A DNA stretch of 64,000 bases from Pseudomonadota bacterium (GTDB taxonomy: Bacteria; Pseudomonadota; Alphaproteobacteria; Rickettsiales; UBA1997), in NCBI GenBank assembly GCA_040386195.1, contig JAZKFV010000012.1:64342-128341 (forward strand), in the 5' to 3' direction. The notes under the pieces were generated by a model. It was not told where the DNA came from and searched no databases. It saw nothing but the letters and a program-made list of their open reading frames with translations. This document shows positions 1-9,765 of the stretch, in pieces; positions within the stretch are counted from its first letter, which is position 1; each line of letters opens with the position of its first letter. A program made the position numbers and the translations under genes.

Positions 1-1005
1 GGTTCTACCGATTCTATGCACATAAGATTCAGGATCTTGTGGAATAGAATAGTTGATCACGTGAGTTAAATTATCAACGTCAATACCACGAGCGGCAACG
101 TCGGTTGCAACTAGAATGGTGATTTTTTTATCTTTGAATTTTTTTAGAATTCTTTCGCGTTGACCTTGAGAAACATCGCCGTGTAAGGCTTCTGCTCTGC
201 AGCCACGATTAATTAATTTACTGGAAATTTCGTCAGCATCCAATTTGGTTCTGCAAAAAATCACCCCATAAAAATGTTCTTCAACATCAATGATGCGGTA
301 AAGCGCTTCAAACTTATCAGCTTGCGCAACTTCAAAATAAATTTGTTGAATATTGTTTTGAGTAATGGCGTCTCTTTTAGCGGCGACCACTTCAAAATCT
401 CTCATATAACTTTTTGCCAAACGCATAATGTTGTCAGGCATTGTTGCTGAGAAAAGCAACATTCTTTTTTCTTTAGGAGTTGATTTTAAGATGGTTTCAA
501 TATCTTCAACGAAGCCCATATTTAGCATTTCGTCGGCTTCATCCAAAACTACATATTGAACTTTAGAAAGATTTAAAGTTTTACGATCCAAGTGATCCAT
601 AATTCTGCCTGGAGTTCCAACGACAATATCAACGCCGCGTTTCAAACGATCAATCTGGCGATCAATTGGTTGTCCGCCATAAATGGCAACAACTCTAATT
701 TTGTGATCTGGTGAAAGTGAACTAATTTCTTCAGTAACTTGCACCGCTAATTCTCTGGTTGGAGCCATAATTAAAGCTTGAACATATCCAGAATCAGGAA
801 CGATATTTTCAATGAGTGGAATGCCAAAAGCACCGGTTTTGCCGGTTCCGGTTTGAGCTTGTCCAACAACGTCTTTAGTGCCGCTGAGTAAAAATGGAAT
901 TGTTAAGGCTTGAATTGGCGTAGGTTCTTCGAAACCTTTTTTGCGCAGAGCGTCAATCATTTGGTCAGAAAGACCAAGGGCGCGGAATTTATCTAGATTA
1001 GGCAT
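1..1005 (-). CDS. DEAD-box ATP-dependent RNA helicase (N-terminal part; C-terminus lies beyond the window start)
   Basis: Not in the ORF track because it runs off the window. Hand translation of the minus strand from the ATG at 1003-1005 gives MPNLDKFRALGLSDQMIDALRKKGFEEPTPIQ. It continues through AQTGTGKT (Walker A), PTRELA, VLDEADEM (DEAD box), SAT, ARGID and HRIGRT at the window edge. Confidence 0.9.
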   Translation of the reverse strand, partial: MPNLDKFRALGLSDQMIDALRKKGFEEPTPIQALTIPFLLSGTKDVVGQAQTGTGKTGAFGIPLIENIVPDSGYVQALIMAPTRELAVQVTEEISSLSPDHKIRVVAIYGGQPIDRQIDRLKRGVDIVVGTPGRIMDHLDRKTLNLSKVQYVVLDEADEMLNMGFVEDIETILKSTPKEKRMLLFSATMPDNIMRLAKSYMRDFEVVAAKRDAITQNNIQQIYFEVAQADKFEALYRIIDVEEHFYGVIFCRTKLDADEISSKLINRGCRAEALHGDVSQGQRERILKKFKDKKITILVATDVAARGIDVDNLTHVINYSIPQDPESYVHRIGRT

Positions 1006-1158
1006 TTTGAAATTTTTTAGTTAAGGGAAGTAGGAAATAATTTAAGTTCTATTGTAAACAGCGATTTTGAGATTGGTTGCTTGAAAAGCCGGTGCATCAG
1101 AATTTGAATTGGCGACACTATAAGCGGCGATTCTGAAATGTAAAGACATTAAACCAGA

Positions 1159-2445
1159 TCAATAAAGTATTTTAATATCCGCGCCGCAAGCAATTAGTTT
1201 TTCCGCGAGCCTTTCGTAGCCTCTTTCTAAATGATATAAGCGATTAATTGTGGTTTTGCCTTTGGCAACTAAACCGGCTAGAACCATGGAAACCGAAGCG
1301 CGTAGATCGGTTGCCATAACTTCGGCGCCGTATAATTCTTTCACACCTTTTACCACCGCAACATTGCCATGCGCTTCAATATTGGCGCCCATTCTTACTA
1401 ATTCTAAAACATGCATAAAACGATTCTCAAAAATATTTTCTGAGATTGTCGAAGTGCCTTGGGCAACGCACATTAATGACATAAATTGTGCTTGCATATC
1501 AGTTGGAAAACCTGGGTGCGGATGGGTGGAAATATCGGTGGCGGTTAGATATTCGCCGCTGCGACTTACTTCAATTTGATCATCATTTAAAACTTTAATA
1601 GCAATTCCAGCATTTTCTAATTTGTCTTGAAAGCCAGCTAATAATTCAACATTAAAACCGGAAAGTTTTAAACAACCATTAGTGATTGCGGCGGCGGCGA
1701 TATAAGTTCCAGCTTCAATACGATCAGCAACAATTTTGTGTTTGGCGCTATGTAATTTATCAACACCGATAATGGTTATAACCGAAGTGCCTTCGCCGCT
1801 AATATTGGCGCCCATTGCTTTTAAACATTTGGCTAAATCAACAATTTCGGGTTCGCGCGCTGCGTTGTGAATTTCAGTTTTGCCCTCAGCCAAACTTGCC
1901 GCCATCAAAATATTTTCAGTGGCACCAACTGATGGTTTTTCAAAATGAATCTCGGCGCCTTTTAATTTCCCGTCAACAAAAGCTTCAACATATCCGCCAA
2001 CTAATTCAATTTTGGCACCCATTTTTTCTAATGCTTTAAGATGCAAATCAACCGGGCGAGTTCCAATCGCACAACCGCCGGGAAGTGAAACTTTAGCTTT
2101 GCCAAAGCGCGCCAAAAGCGGGCCTAAAATTAAAATTGAGGCGCGCATTTTGCGAACTAAATCATAAGGCGCAACGGGATTATCCAGATGAGAAGCGTCA
2201 AAAGTTATCACTTTTCCTAAATGCCCACTCTCTTCATCCATGCCGTCCATATTAAAATCAACTCCCAAATTAGAGAGTAAATTTGCCATTGTGGAAATAT
2301 CGGCAACTTGTGGAACATTGCTCAAAGTGAGTTTCTCGGCAGTTAAAATTGAAGCAACCATTAAAGGTAAAGCAGCGTTTTTTGCGCCAGCAATTTGCAC
2401 CGTGCCGTTTAATTTATTACCGCCTTGGAGAATCAGTTTTTTCAT
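1159..2445 (-). CDS. murA: UDP-N-acetylglucosamine 1-carboxyvinyltransferase
   Basis: 428-aa ORF. It has a typical MurA N-terminus ([26 protein letters not shown]) and the catalytic-Cys loop LPGGCAIGTRPVDLHL. Confidence 0.95.
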   Translation of the reverse strand: MKKLILQGGNKLNGTVQIAGAKNAALPLMVASILTAEKLTLSNVPQVADISTMANLLSNLGVDFNMDGMDEESGHLGKVITFDASHLDNPVAPYDLVRKMRASILILGPLLARFGKAKVSLPGGCAIGTRPVDLHLKALEKMGAKIELVGGYVEAFVDGKLKGAEIHFEKPSVGATENILMAASLAEGKTEIHNAAREPEIVDLAKCLKAMGANISGEGTSVITIIGVDKLHSAKHKIVADRIEAGTYIAAAAITNGCLKLSGFNVELLAGFQDKLENAGIAIKVLNDDQIEVSRSGEYLTATDISTHPHPGFPTDMQAQFMSLMCVAQGTSTISENIFENRFMHVLELVRMGANIEAHGNVAVVKGVKELYGAEVMATDLRASVSMVLAGLVAKGKTTINRLYHLERGYERLAEKLIACGADIKILY

Positions 2446-5050
2446 TATTGTTAAGTTGTTCTAATTGATGTTTATTTTTTTGCGATCCATCTCGAGGAGA
2501 AATTGATTTAGATGGTAATAAATCCAATCCAACTTTTCCACCAATAAAATCAAGTAAAGTTTGAGCAGTCTTTAAGCGGTCAGGATTTTTACTTCCAAGA
2601 CCTTGTTGATCGGCGCGACATCTATCGATAAATGAATGTTCAATTACGGTTTGGTGATAAGGATTAGTGCCTAAATGACATCCTTCCAAATGATTTTGAG
2701 CTAAAATTGCTGCTAATTCTCCATCAATTTTATAGGCATAAACCTTAGGAATTTCTGGGTTGGTTGCCGAAGTTGCAATCACTTCAATGCCAGCTGGCAG
2801 ACCTTGAAAACGTTGGTCGATTGGCAATTTTGGATCAGGGCATTGAACTTGCAAGCCTTGATAATGAGCGCTGAATGTTTCGATATTTTGAGTTGGATAA
2901 ATTTGGCTGTGATCATAACAAGCTGGATCTAACTGACTTCCTGCCAATATATCCATTGTATCATTTTTACCTCGCAAATCTTGAGGAGTTTTTAACGCAA
3001 CCATTTTGCCACCCAGCGCTGTTAATGCCACTTGAGTGCCGCCGCATATTGCCCAAATTGGTTTGCCAAGCTCTATAGCAGTTGCAAAGGCAATCATTTC
3101 CACAAAAGCTCTTCTTTGTCCGAGATTTTGCAAATCAATATTTTGATTATCAGTGCACCATTTAGGATCAATATTGCCGTAATTACCTAAAATCACCACG
3201 CCATTACTGTTGATAATTGATTCTCTAATTTGTGCCGCCAATTCTTTTATGGCACTCGTATCTGAAAATAATTGATTATCACCAATGTTATAATCAGGAA
3301 CTTTGACTGAAGCGCCAAAACCTTCTAAAGCTTGCGCTGGGCTTCTCAACCACACAGCATCGGCATAAGGAGTAAAAATTTTTAGCTTTTCACGATAATG
3401 ATGTTTGATTAATTGGTGAGGTAAAAGTCGATCTTTTTGCGCTTCAGATGGATAATCTTGCTGGGTTAAAATATAGCTGGATTGCTTTGATTCGGATAAT
3501 TCTTGATATTCGGCAATCAGCTTTTTTTCATTCTCATCATCAGGATTCAGGTGGCTTTTTTTCAACAAAGAATAAAAAGAATTTAATCCAGCTTTTTCCA
3601 TTTCTAAAGCGAGATGAATTGCGGTTGTGCCGGCATTATTTTTAGAATCAGGGTTTAAGCCTTCTTCTAATAACAGCTCAATTGCCAATTGTGGTTTATC
3701 ACGCTTTAAAGCTAGATGTAAAAGAGTGTCGCCATTTTGATTTTCCCCTAACAACAAATTGCCGCGTTGATTTTGTTTTAGAAATTCTATCAACAAATCC
3801 AATGTCATATCGTCAACCGCCGATATGGCTAATTCGATAAAATCAAAATTTATAATATCAATATTCTTTGCAAAAAAATTATTAATCTCTTCTTCACCAC
3901 AAGCAGAAAGATCTTTGAGCTGTTCAGATAAAGTTAGAGCATCGCTTTGAGATGGAGTTTGATCCGGAATTTTTAAAACAAATTTTCTGACATAATCACT
4001 CATTTTACCGCTGTGCAAATATTCATCACATTGAGCAATTCTTAATTGTGATATTAAAATATTAGCAATTTTTAAATCAGCTTGTTTATCAGGATCGGTC
4101 TTGTCTTTGACTAAATTTTTGGCAATTGCATCAATTGCTTCGATAGAAATATTTTCTGCTAGAGAATATTTTTGCTGAAAGGAATTTATTGCTTGATCAA
4201 GATCAGTAATTTTGCTTTTTTCTAAAGCGGCAACAAGTTTATCTTTTTGGGCTTGAACCGCGCTTCTTCTTTTTTCATCTTCTGCTAAATGATGAGAAAT
4301 ATCTTTAATCGCTCCTGAAGTAATTTTGGTTAATTCTTCAACTAATAATTTTGTAGTTTTATCTTCTAATTCTTGAGTAGCAGCTTCCGGAGTTTGAAGC
4401 ACAAATTGCGTTAAAGATACTTGTGCAGATTGATTGGTGTTTTTGCTTTTATTGGGATCATTTCTGCCAACTGGAATTTGAATTTGTTGCAAAAAGCCAC
4501 TAGCTTCCTCACCCAAAACTTCGCCAATATTTTTAAGACCATTGTGATGTGATTTAAGAAGTTCGGCAGGGCTTGATTGTTTAACGGTAATTGGAGTTTT
4601 TAGTGCAGCAACTTCATCGCCAATAACAAAAACATTTCTAAGTTTGATTGACTCACCAGCTTTGGCGCGATCTTGTAAAAATTGATTGAAGCCAATGCCA
4701 GCATGGTTAATATCACCAAATCCATAGCTGGGGTTTTTGATAGGATTGTTTTGATCATCAACTAAAACTTTTCCATCGGCATCAAATTTATATTCCAAAT
4801 CATTAGGATCTAAAGCTAAAGGTTTGAGTAAAATATATTTAACGCCATCTATTTTTCCTTCAGCAAAAGCATAATTTTGAAAGCTTGTATTTTCTCTTCT
4901 TTGCCACTCACCAAAAACTCGATTACCATTTTGATCTTTGGTTTCTTCCCATAATTTTTCAACTGCACGAAACCCAACATTATGACGACTTGCTTTTAGA
5001 GCTGCTCTTTCGTTTCCTAATCCAACTATTACTTTGATGTTATTGACCAT
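2417..5050 (-). CDS. Multidomain protein with an N-terminal peptidyl-tRNA hydrolase-like domain, central helical region with ankyrin repeats, and a C-terminal class-I glutamine amidotransferase / peptidase C26-like domain
   Basis: 877-aa ORF. The N-terminus KVIVGLGNERAALKASRHNVGF, then VFVIGDEVAAL and HHNGLKNI, aligns by eye with Pth motifs (LIVGLGNP..TRHN.G, HDELDL, GHNGLK). The middle has GDTLLHLALKRDKPQLAIELLLEEGLNPDSKNNAGTTAIHLAL (ANK). The C-terminus has GKPIWAICGGTQVALTALGG, FSAHYQGL and AQNHLEG, resembling GICRGMQ, NSFHHQ and QWHPE. It overlaps the murA start by 29 nt. Confidence 0.7.
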   Translation of the reverse strand: MVNNIKVIVGLGNERAALKASRHNVGFRAVEKLWEETKDQNGNRVFGEWQRRENTSFQNYAFAEGKIDGVKYILLKPLALDPNDLEYKFDADGKVLVDDQNNPIKNPSYGFGDINHAGIGFNQFLQDRAKAGESIKLRNVFVIGDEVAALKTPITVKQSSPAELLKSHHNGLKNIGEVLGEEASGFLQQIQIPVGRNDPNKSKNTNQSAQVSLTQFVLQTPEAATQELEDKTTKLLVEELTKITSGAIKDISHHLAEDEKRRSAVQAQKDKLVAALEKSKITDLDQAINSFQQKYSLAENISIEAIDAIAKNLVKDKTDPDKQADLKIANILISQLRIAQCDEYLHSGKMSDYVRKFVLKIPDQTPSQSDALTLSEQLKDLSACGEEEINNFFAKNIDIINFDFIELAISAVDDMTLDLLIEFLKQNQRGNLLLGENQNGDTLLHLALKRDKPQLAIELLLEEGLNPDSKNNAGTTAIHLALEMEKAGLNSFYSLLKKSHLNPDDENEKKLIAEYQELSESKQSSYILTQQDYPSEAQKDRLLPHQLIKHHYREKLKIFTPYADAVWLRSPAQALEGFGASVKVPDYNIGDNQLFSDTSAIKELAAQIRESIINSNGVVILGNYGNIDPKWCTDNQNIDLQNLGQRRAFVEMIAFATAIELGKPIWAICGGTQVALTALGGKMVALKTPQDLRGKNDTMDILAGSQLDPACYDHSQIYPTQNIETFSAHYQGLQVQCPDPKLPIDQRFQGLPAGIEVIATSATNPEIPKVYAYKIDGELAAILAQNHLEGCHLGTNPYHQTVIEHSFIDRCRADQQGLGSKNPDRLKTAQTLLDFIGGKVGLDLLPSKSISPRDGSQKNKHQLEQLNNNEKTDSPRR

Positions 5051-5154
5051 GGAATTCTCACTAATTAATTATTAACAATACTCATAATGAAATTTAAATT
5101 TCATATGAAGCTTTGTTAGTTATAATTAATGATTTTAAATGTCAAAAATAAAAA

Positions 5155-5724
5155 TTAGACCTTTGGCAAAGTAACGCCAGTTTGCCCCATATATTTGCCG
5201 CTGCGGCTTAGATAAGAAGTTTGGCATTTTTCATTTCCTTTCAAAAATAAAAATTGGCAAGCGCCTTCAAAAGCGTAGATTTTGGCGGGCAGTGGAGTGG
5301 TGTTGGAAAATTCTAAAGTCACATGACCTTCCCAGCCTGGTTCTAGCGGTGTGACATTGACAATAATTCCGCATCTTGCATAAGTTGATTTGCCAACGCA
5401 AATTACTAAAACATCTTCAGGGATTTTAAAATATTCCACAGTTCTAGCCAGCGCAAAGCTGTTCGGTGGAATTATGCAAACATCAGTTTTGCGATCGACA
5501 AAACTATTCTCGGAAAAGTTTTTTGGATCAACAATTGCTGAATCTATGTTGGTGAAAATTTTAAATTCATCCGAAACTCGCGCATCATATCCATAAGAAG
5601 AATTGCCATAAGAAATTAATTTTTGACCATGCTCATCTTGCTTAGTTTGTTTGCCGACAAAAGGAGAAATCATTTGATGTTTTAGAGACATTTCTTCGAT
5701 CCAACGATCAGACATTATTGACAT
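5155..5724 (-). CDS. dcd: dCTP deaminase
   Basis: 189-aa ORF of typical Dcd length. The N-terminus (MSDRWIEEM) and the body ...SSYGYDARV...[18 protein letters not shown]...[10 protein letters not shown]...[10 protein letters not shown] match the family. Confidence 0.9.
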   Translation of the reverse strand: MSIMSDRWIEEMSLKHQMISPFVGKQTKQDEHGQKLISYGNSSYGYDARVSDEFKIFTNIDSAIVDPKNFSENSFVDRKTDVCIIPPNSFALARTVEYFKIPEDVLVICVGKSTYARCGIIVNVTPLEPGWEGHVTLEFSNTTPLPAKIYAFEGACQFLFLKGNEKCQTSYLSRSGKYMGQTGVTLPKV

Positions 5725-5841
5725 ATTTTAAGCTAAATAAATTATTAAAAATGGCGCGAAAACTTACTTGATTTAAAAGAATATTGCAAGTCTAATAGCC
5801 TCTTTATTTGCCTGCCTTAATTCATAAATAAATACCTCAAA

Positions 5842-7569
5842 ATGCACGATATTGGTTATCTAAGAGACATATTGATTTTGCTCTTCGCGTCGGTTGCTAT
5901 TGTCATTATCTTCAAACAATTAGGTTTAAGCCCGGCACTTGGATATTTGGTAGTGGGTGCGGCGATTGGTCCAAATGGTTTTGCGATTTTGCAAGTCAAT
6001 GAAACTACCAGCTCAATTGCTGAATTTGGTGTGGTGTTTTTACTGTTCGCAATTGGTTTAGAATTGACTTTAGATAAGTTGATTTCGATGAAAAAATATG
6101 TTCTTGGTTTTGGTAGTTTGCAAGTAATTCTTACCTCAATTGTGATTGGTGCAATTTGTTATAAGCTGGGATTAAACACCAAATTATCAGTTCTGATCGG
6201 TATAGTTTTATCGCTTTCTTCAACCGCAATTGTAATGCAGGTTATTGAAGAAAATGCCGAACAATCAACCAGAGTTGGGCGCTTATCATTCTCAGTTTTG
6301 CTGCTCCAAGATTTAGCGGTGATTCCAATTTTAGTTTTATTACCACTCTTATCTAACCCCAACATTAATGTTGCTAAAGCAATGGGCGGCGCCATTGTTG
6401 ATGCGGCAATTGCCATGGCAATTATTTTAGTCATTGGTCGCTTTTTGCTGCGCCCAATATTTCGTGTGGTGGTCGCTTCTAAAAGTGATGTTTTGTTTTT
6501 AAGCGTCACTCTTATCGTGGTTTTGGGCTCAGCTTTTGTCACTTATAAATTAGGATTATCCTTTGCCTTTGGCGCTTTTGTGGCGGGTTTGATGGTGGCA
6601 GAAACTGAATTTAAATATCGGGTTGAAAGCGAAATAATGTCGCTAGAATCTTTGCTAATGGGATTATTTTTTATCACCATCGGAATGTCTTTTAATTTTG
6701 ATACATTAGTTGAAAACCTGCCGCTAATTACCGTCATTGCTATTGGTTTAATCACTTGCAAAGCTTTAGTTATTGTGGTTTTGTGTCGCCTCTTTAAATT
6801 TCCTTTAGCCCCATCAGTTCACGCCGGATTATTGCTTTCGCAAGGCAGCGAATTTGCCTTCATCGTTTTTATTATGGCAGTACAACACAAAGTTATGAGC
6901 CCGGAATTATCGCAACTATTAATGACAGTTGTAACTTTGAGCATGGCGGTCACGCCGTTGCTTGGCACTTTAGGCAGAAAAATTAAAGGTCAACTTTATA
7001 TCAAAGATGTGCTGCGCGACAATAAAATCAAAAGAGAAATTGGTGATATTTCTAAACATATTGTGGTGATTGGCTTTGGCAGAGTGGGCAGAATTGTTGG
7101 ACATCTTTTGCGCAAGCGCGATATCAACTATATAATTTTGGACAGCAATCACCGCGTAGTGCGTATTGAAAAAGCTAATGGTTATAACATTTATTACGGC
7201 GATGCGATGAATGTTGATATTCTAAAATATATCGGACTTTCCAGAGCTGAAGCGGTGATTGTGGCAATGGAAGATGAATTTGCTTGTATAAAAATCACCA
7301 GATTTATCCACGAAAATTTTCCGCAAGTGACAGTTATAACTAAAACTGAAACTCTCAATAATGCCGAAAGATTTAGAAGAGTTGGTGCAAGTTTGGTTGT
7401 CTCCAAAAATCTTGAAACTGGTCTGCAACTAGGCAAAGCCGCACTTTCCGCCATCGGCGTTAAAAACAGCGAAATTGACACTGCATTAGAAGCCTTCCGC
7501 GATATTAATTCTGAATTTGTCAAAAATATGATTTTTCAGGATAACGAGCAGTATAGTAAGATGGAGTAA
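5842..7569 (+). CDS. CPA2-family monovalent cation:proton antiporter / K+ efflux protein (KefB/KefC-like) with a C-terminal TrkA-N domain
   Basis: 575-aa ORF. It has about 12 hydrophobic helices followed by a Rossmann motif (HIVVIGFGRVGRIVGHLL), which is the KefB/KefC architecture. Confidence 0.85.
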   Translation: MHDIGYLRDILILLFASVAIVIIFKQLGLSPALGYLVVGAAIGPNGFAILQVNETTSSIAEFGVVFLLFAIGLELTLDKLISMKKYVLGFGSLQVILTSIVIGAICYKLGLNTKLSVLIGIVLSLSSTAIVMQVIEENAEQSTRVGRLSFSVLLLQDLAVIPILVLLPLLSNPNINVAKAMGGAIVDAAIAMAIILVIGRFLLRPIFRVVVASKSDVLFLSVTLIVVLGSAFVTYKLGLSFAFGAFVAGLMVAETEFKYRVESEIMSLESLLMGLFFITIGMSFNFDTLVENLPLITVIAIGLITCKALVIVVLCRLFKFPLAPSVHAGLLLSQGSEFAFIVFIMAVQHKVMSPELSQLLMTVVTLSMAVTPLLGTLGRKIKGQLYIKDVLRDNKIKREIGDISKHIVVIGFGRVGRIVGHLLRKRDINYIILDSNHRVVRIEKANGYNIYYGDAMNVDILKYIGLSRAEAVIVAMEDEFACIKITRFIHENFPQVTVITKTETLNNAERFRRVGASLVVSKNLETGLQLGKAALSAIGVKNSEIDTALEAFRDINSEFVKNMIFQDNEQYSKME

Positions 7570-7603
7570 CTTCTCTTAAAAATTTTATAATCAAAATTGC
7601 AAT

Positions 7604-9505
7604 ATGAAAACCACTAGAACTGAGGCTAAAATTAGTTTTAGTGATATTCCTGACGAGCTTAAAGCTTCAATATTTGGTGAATTAAGAAGTATAAAAGATC
7701 GAGAAAACCTGTCTTTGGTAGATAAAAAATATAGAAAACTTTTTCTAGATTATTTGAGGCAAAAAGAAGAGTTAGATTTAAAGAATATAGCTCAAATAGC
7801 CGAAAAAGATTTTGAGAAATTTACAAAATTTATTGTCAAAATCTTTGCTCAATCAACTCATCAACCCGCTGTTAGAATATCACTGCCTTCATGGATAAAT
7901 AATGATCAATTCAGACATATTATAGCAAGTCTGGGGTTTGAAAATATACAGCTTCTCAACATTAGCTATTGTCAAAAACTAGATCCAAAAACTATTGCAG
8001 AAGTTCTTACGCAATGCACCGCTCTTCAATCAGTTGACTTTGCAGGATTTGCAAGATTGACAGACCTTGATTTATCAAGGTTAGAGAATGTAACCCATCT
8101 TAATTTTACATCTTGTAGTCAAGTAAAAAATATTCAAGAAATTGTAAATCATTTATGTCCAAATGTTGTTGATATCAATTTTGCCCATTGTACTCAAATA
8201 GTAGAGCTAGTATTGCCAGAGAAAGAGAAGGTTAGACGCCTTAATTTCACAGGGTGTGATAAATTAACAACTCTTGATTTATCAAATCTAAAAAATCTTG
8301 AATCTATTAATTTGAGCGGGTGTAGACAGCTAGCAAATCTAACTCTGCCAACAAAGCTGGAAAATCTTAGACATCTTGATTTGAGTGGGTGTAGTCAGTT
8401 AGATATTCAAGCAATTTTAGAAAAATGTCCCAATGTCACATCTATTAATTTGAGCGGTTGTAGTCAATTAACAGATCTTGACTTATCAAAACTAAAAAAT
8501 CTTAAATCTATTAATGTGAGCAAGTGTGAAGAGCTAGTAAAATTAACTCTGCCATCACAGGTGGAAGAAATTACACATCTTGATTTGGGTGGGTGTCATA
8601 AATTAAATATTCAGGAGATTATAGAAAAATGTTCAAACGTTGTATCTATTGATTTGGGTGGGTGTATCAGATTAACAAAGCTCACATTACCAGTAATACA
8701 AAATGTGACCCATATTAGTTTTGCTAATTGTTATCAATTGTCACAATTCGACATTGAATTGATTCTGCAGAATTGTCCAAATGTTACATCTATTAATTTT
8801 GCTGGCTGTAAACAACTAACAAATCTTAGATTACCAAGAATGGAGAAAGTTACTCACATTAATTGTGGGAGATGTGATAGCTTATCAGATCAAGACGTTG
8901 GATTAATTCTAGAGAATTGTCCGAATGCTACATCTGTTAATTTTTTTGGTTGCAGCCAACTAGTCAGCCCTAGATTACCAAGAATGGAAAAGGCTACTAA
9001 TGTTAATTTTGGAAGATGTACTCAATTAAAAAATATTCAAGAAATTCTTAATCAATGTCCAAGTGTTAAATCTGTTGACATTGCAGGGTGTCAACAATTG
9101 CAAACTCTCAAACTATCAGCAAAAAATCTTGAATCGATTAATACCGTTGGATGTAATCAATTAAAGACCGTCACAATATCGGGAACTAGAAGCCTTAGAA
9201 GTATTAATCTGCCATCATGTGAGCGATTAACGACTGTTACAATATCAGGAGGGCCGGTAGATCTTGACGAAGTTCATTTTGGATCCAGTCCAAAATTAGC
9301 TACATTTAATATACCAAATGGCTCAAGAATAAATGGTATTGATGTGACTGGCGACAACTTACCAAGGGTTATAGATTTGCTAGGAAAAATACGTCCAAAA
9401 ATAAATATAACTGAACCCCAGCCAAACGCAGAAATTAAGGAGGCAGTTAACGCAGGCGTGTTGGGTAAAATGAGAGATCAAATGCGCAATATCTTTCACA
9501 AATGA
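7604..9505 (+). CDS. Eukaryote-like F-box protein with cysteine-containing leucine-rich repeats (FBXL/GALA-like)
   Basis: 633-aa ORF. The N-terminal FSDIPDELKASIFGELRSIKDRENLSLVDKKYRKLF fits the F-box consensus (LP.E....I...L...DL..L..V.K.W..L). About 18 repeats of roughly 25 aa follow, of the type L..L.L.GC.QLT. (for example LESINLSGCRQLANLTLP, LRHLDLSGCSQLDIQAI). Confidence 0.8.
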   Translation: MKTTRTEAKISFSDIPDELKASIFGELRSIKDRENLSLVDKKYRKLFLDYLRQKEELDLKNIAQIAEKDFEKFTKFIVKIFAQSTHQPAVRISLPSWINNDQFRHIIASLGFENIQLLNISYCQKLDPKTIAEVLTQCTALQSVDFAGFARLTDLDLSRLENVTHLNFTSCSQVKNIQEIVNHLCPNVVDINFAHCTQIVELVLPEKEKVRRLNFTGCDKLTTLDLSNLKNLESINLSGCRQLANLTLPTKLENLRHLDLSGCSQLDIQAILEKCPNVTSINLSGCSQLTDLDLSKLKNLKSINVSKCEELVKLTLPSQVEEITHLDLGGCHKLNIQEIIEKCSNVVSIDLGGCIRLTKLTLPVIQNVTHISFANCYQLSQFDIELILQNCPNVTSINFAGCKQLTNLRLPRMEKVTHINCGRCDSLSDQDVGLILENCPNATSVNFFGCSQLVSPRLPRMEKATNVNFGRCTQLKNIQEILNQCPSVKSVDIAGCQQLQTLKLSAKNLESINTVGCNQLKTVTISGTRSLRSINLPSCERLTTVTISGGPVDLDEVHFGSSPKLATFNIPNGSRINGIDVTGDNLPRVIDLLGKIRPKINITEPQPNAEIKEAVNAGVLGKMRDQMRNIFHK

Positions 9506-9580
9506 ACCAAGTTGGTTCTTACAACAACTCGAATAAATTCAAAAAATTATAATTTAGAATTTGCAGAAGATTTATTTAGA

Positions 9581-9658
9581 TGGTCGGGGCAGAGAGATTC
9601 GAACTCCCGACCCTCTGGTCCCAAACCAGATGCGCTAGCCAGGCTGCGCTATGCCCCG
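9581..9658 (-). tRNA. tRNA-Pro (anticodon UGG), with CCA encoded
   Basis: The reverse complement reads CGGGGCATAGCGCAGCCTGGCTAGCGCATCTGGTTTGGGACCAGAGGGTCGGGAGTTCGAATCTCTCTGCCCCGACCA. It folds by hand into a cloverleaf with a 7-bp acceptor stem CGGGGCA/TGCCCCG, anticodon stem TCTGG/CCAGA, loop TT-TGG-GA, and T-loop TTCGAAT. Confidence 0.9.
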
Positions 9659-9765
9659 AAAAACTTGAAAAAAAATTTGAAAAGTGTTTAGTTAAATTAA
9701 GTAGAAAAAATTGAATTGTTTTTACTAAATTTGAAGAGCGGTCATTTAATTCACAAATCACCAAA

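Noticed and set aside
7570-9700. Genomic-island attachment-site repeats of the tRNA-Pro 3' end, or an integrase
   Set aside because: By eye there is no copy of the tRNA 3' segment (TGGTCGGGGCAGAGAGATTCGAA) near the flanks of the effector-like genes, and no integrase ORF. A computational repeat search would be needed to be sure.
9576-9764. 62-aa minus-strand ORF from the track
   Set aside because: It is built largely from the tRNA-Pro gene sequence (9581-9658) and AT-rich flank. The tRNA fold explains the region, and there is no coding signal.
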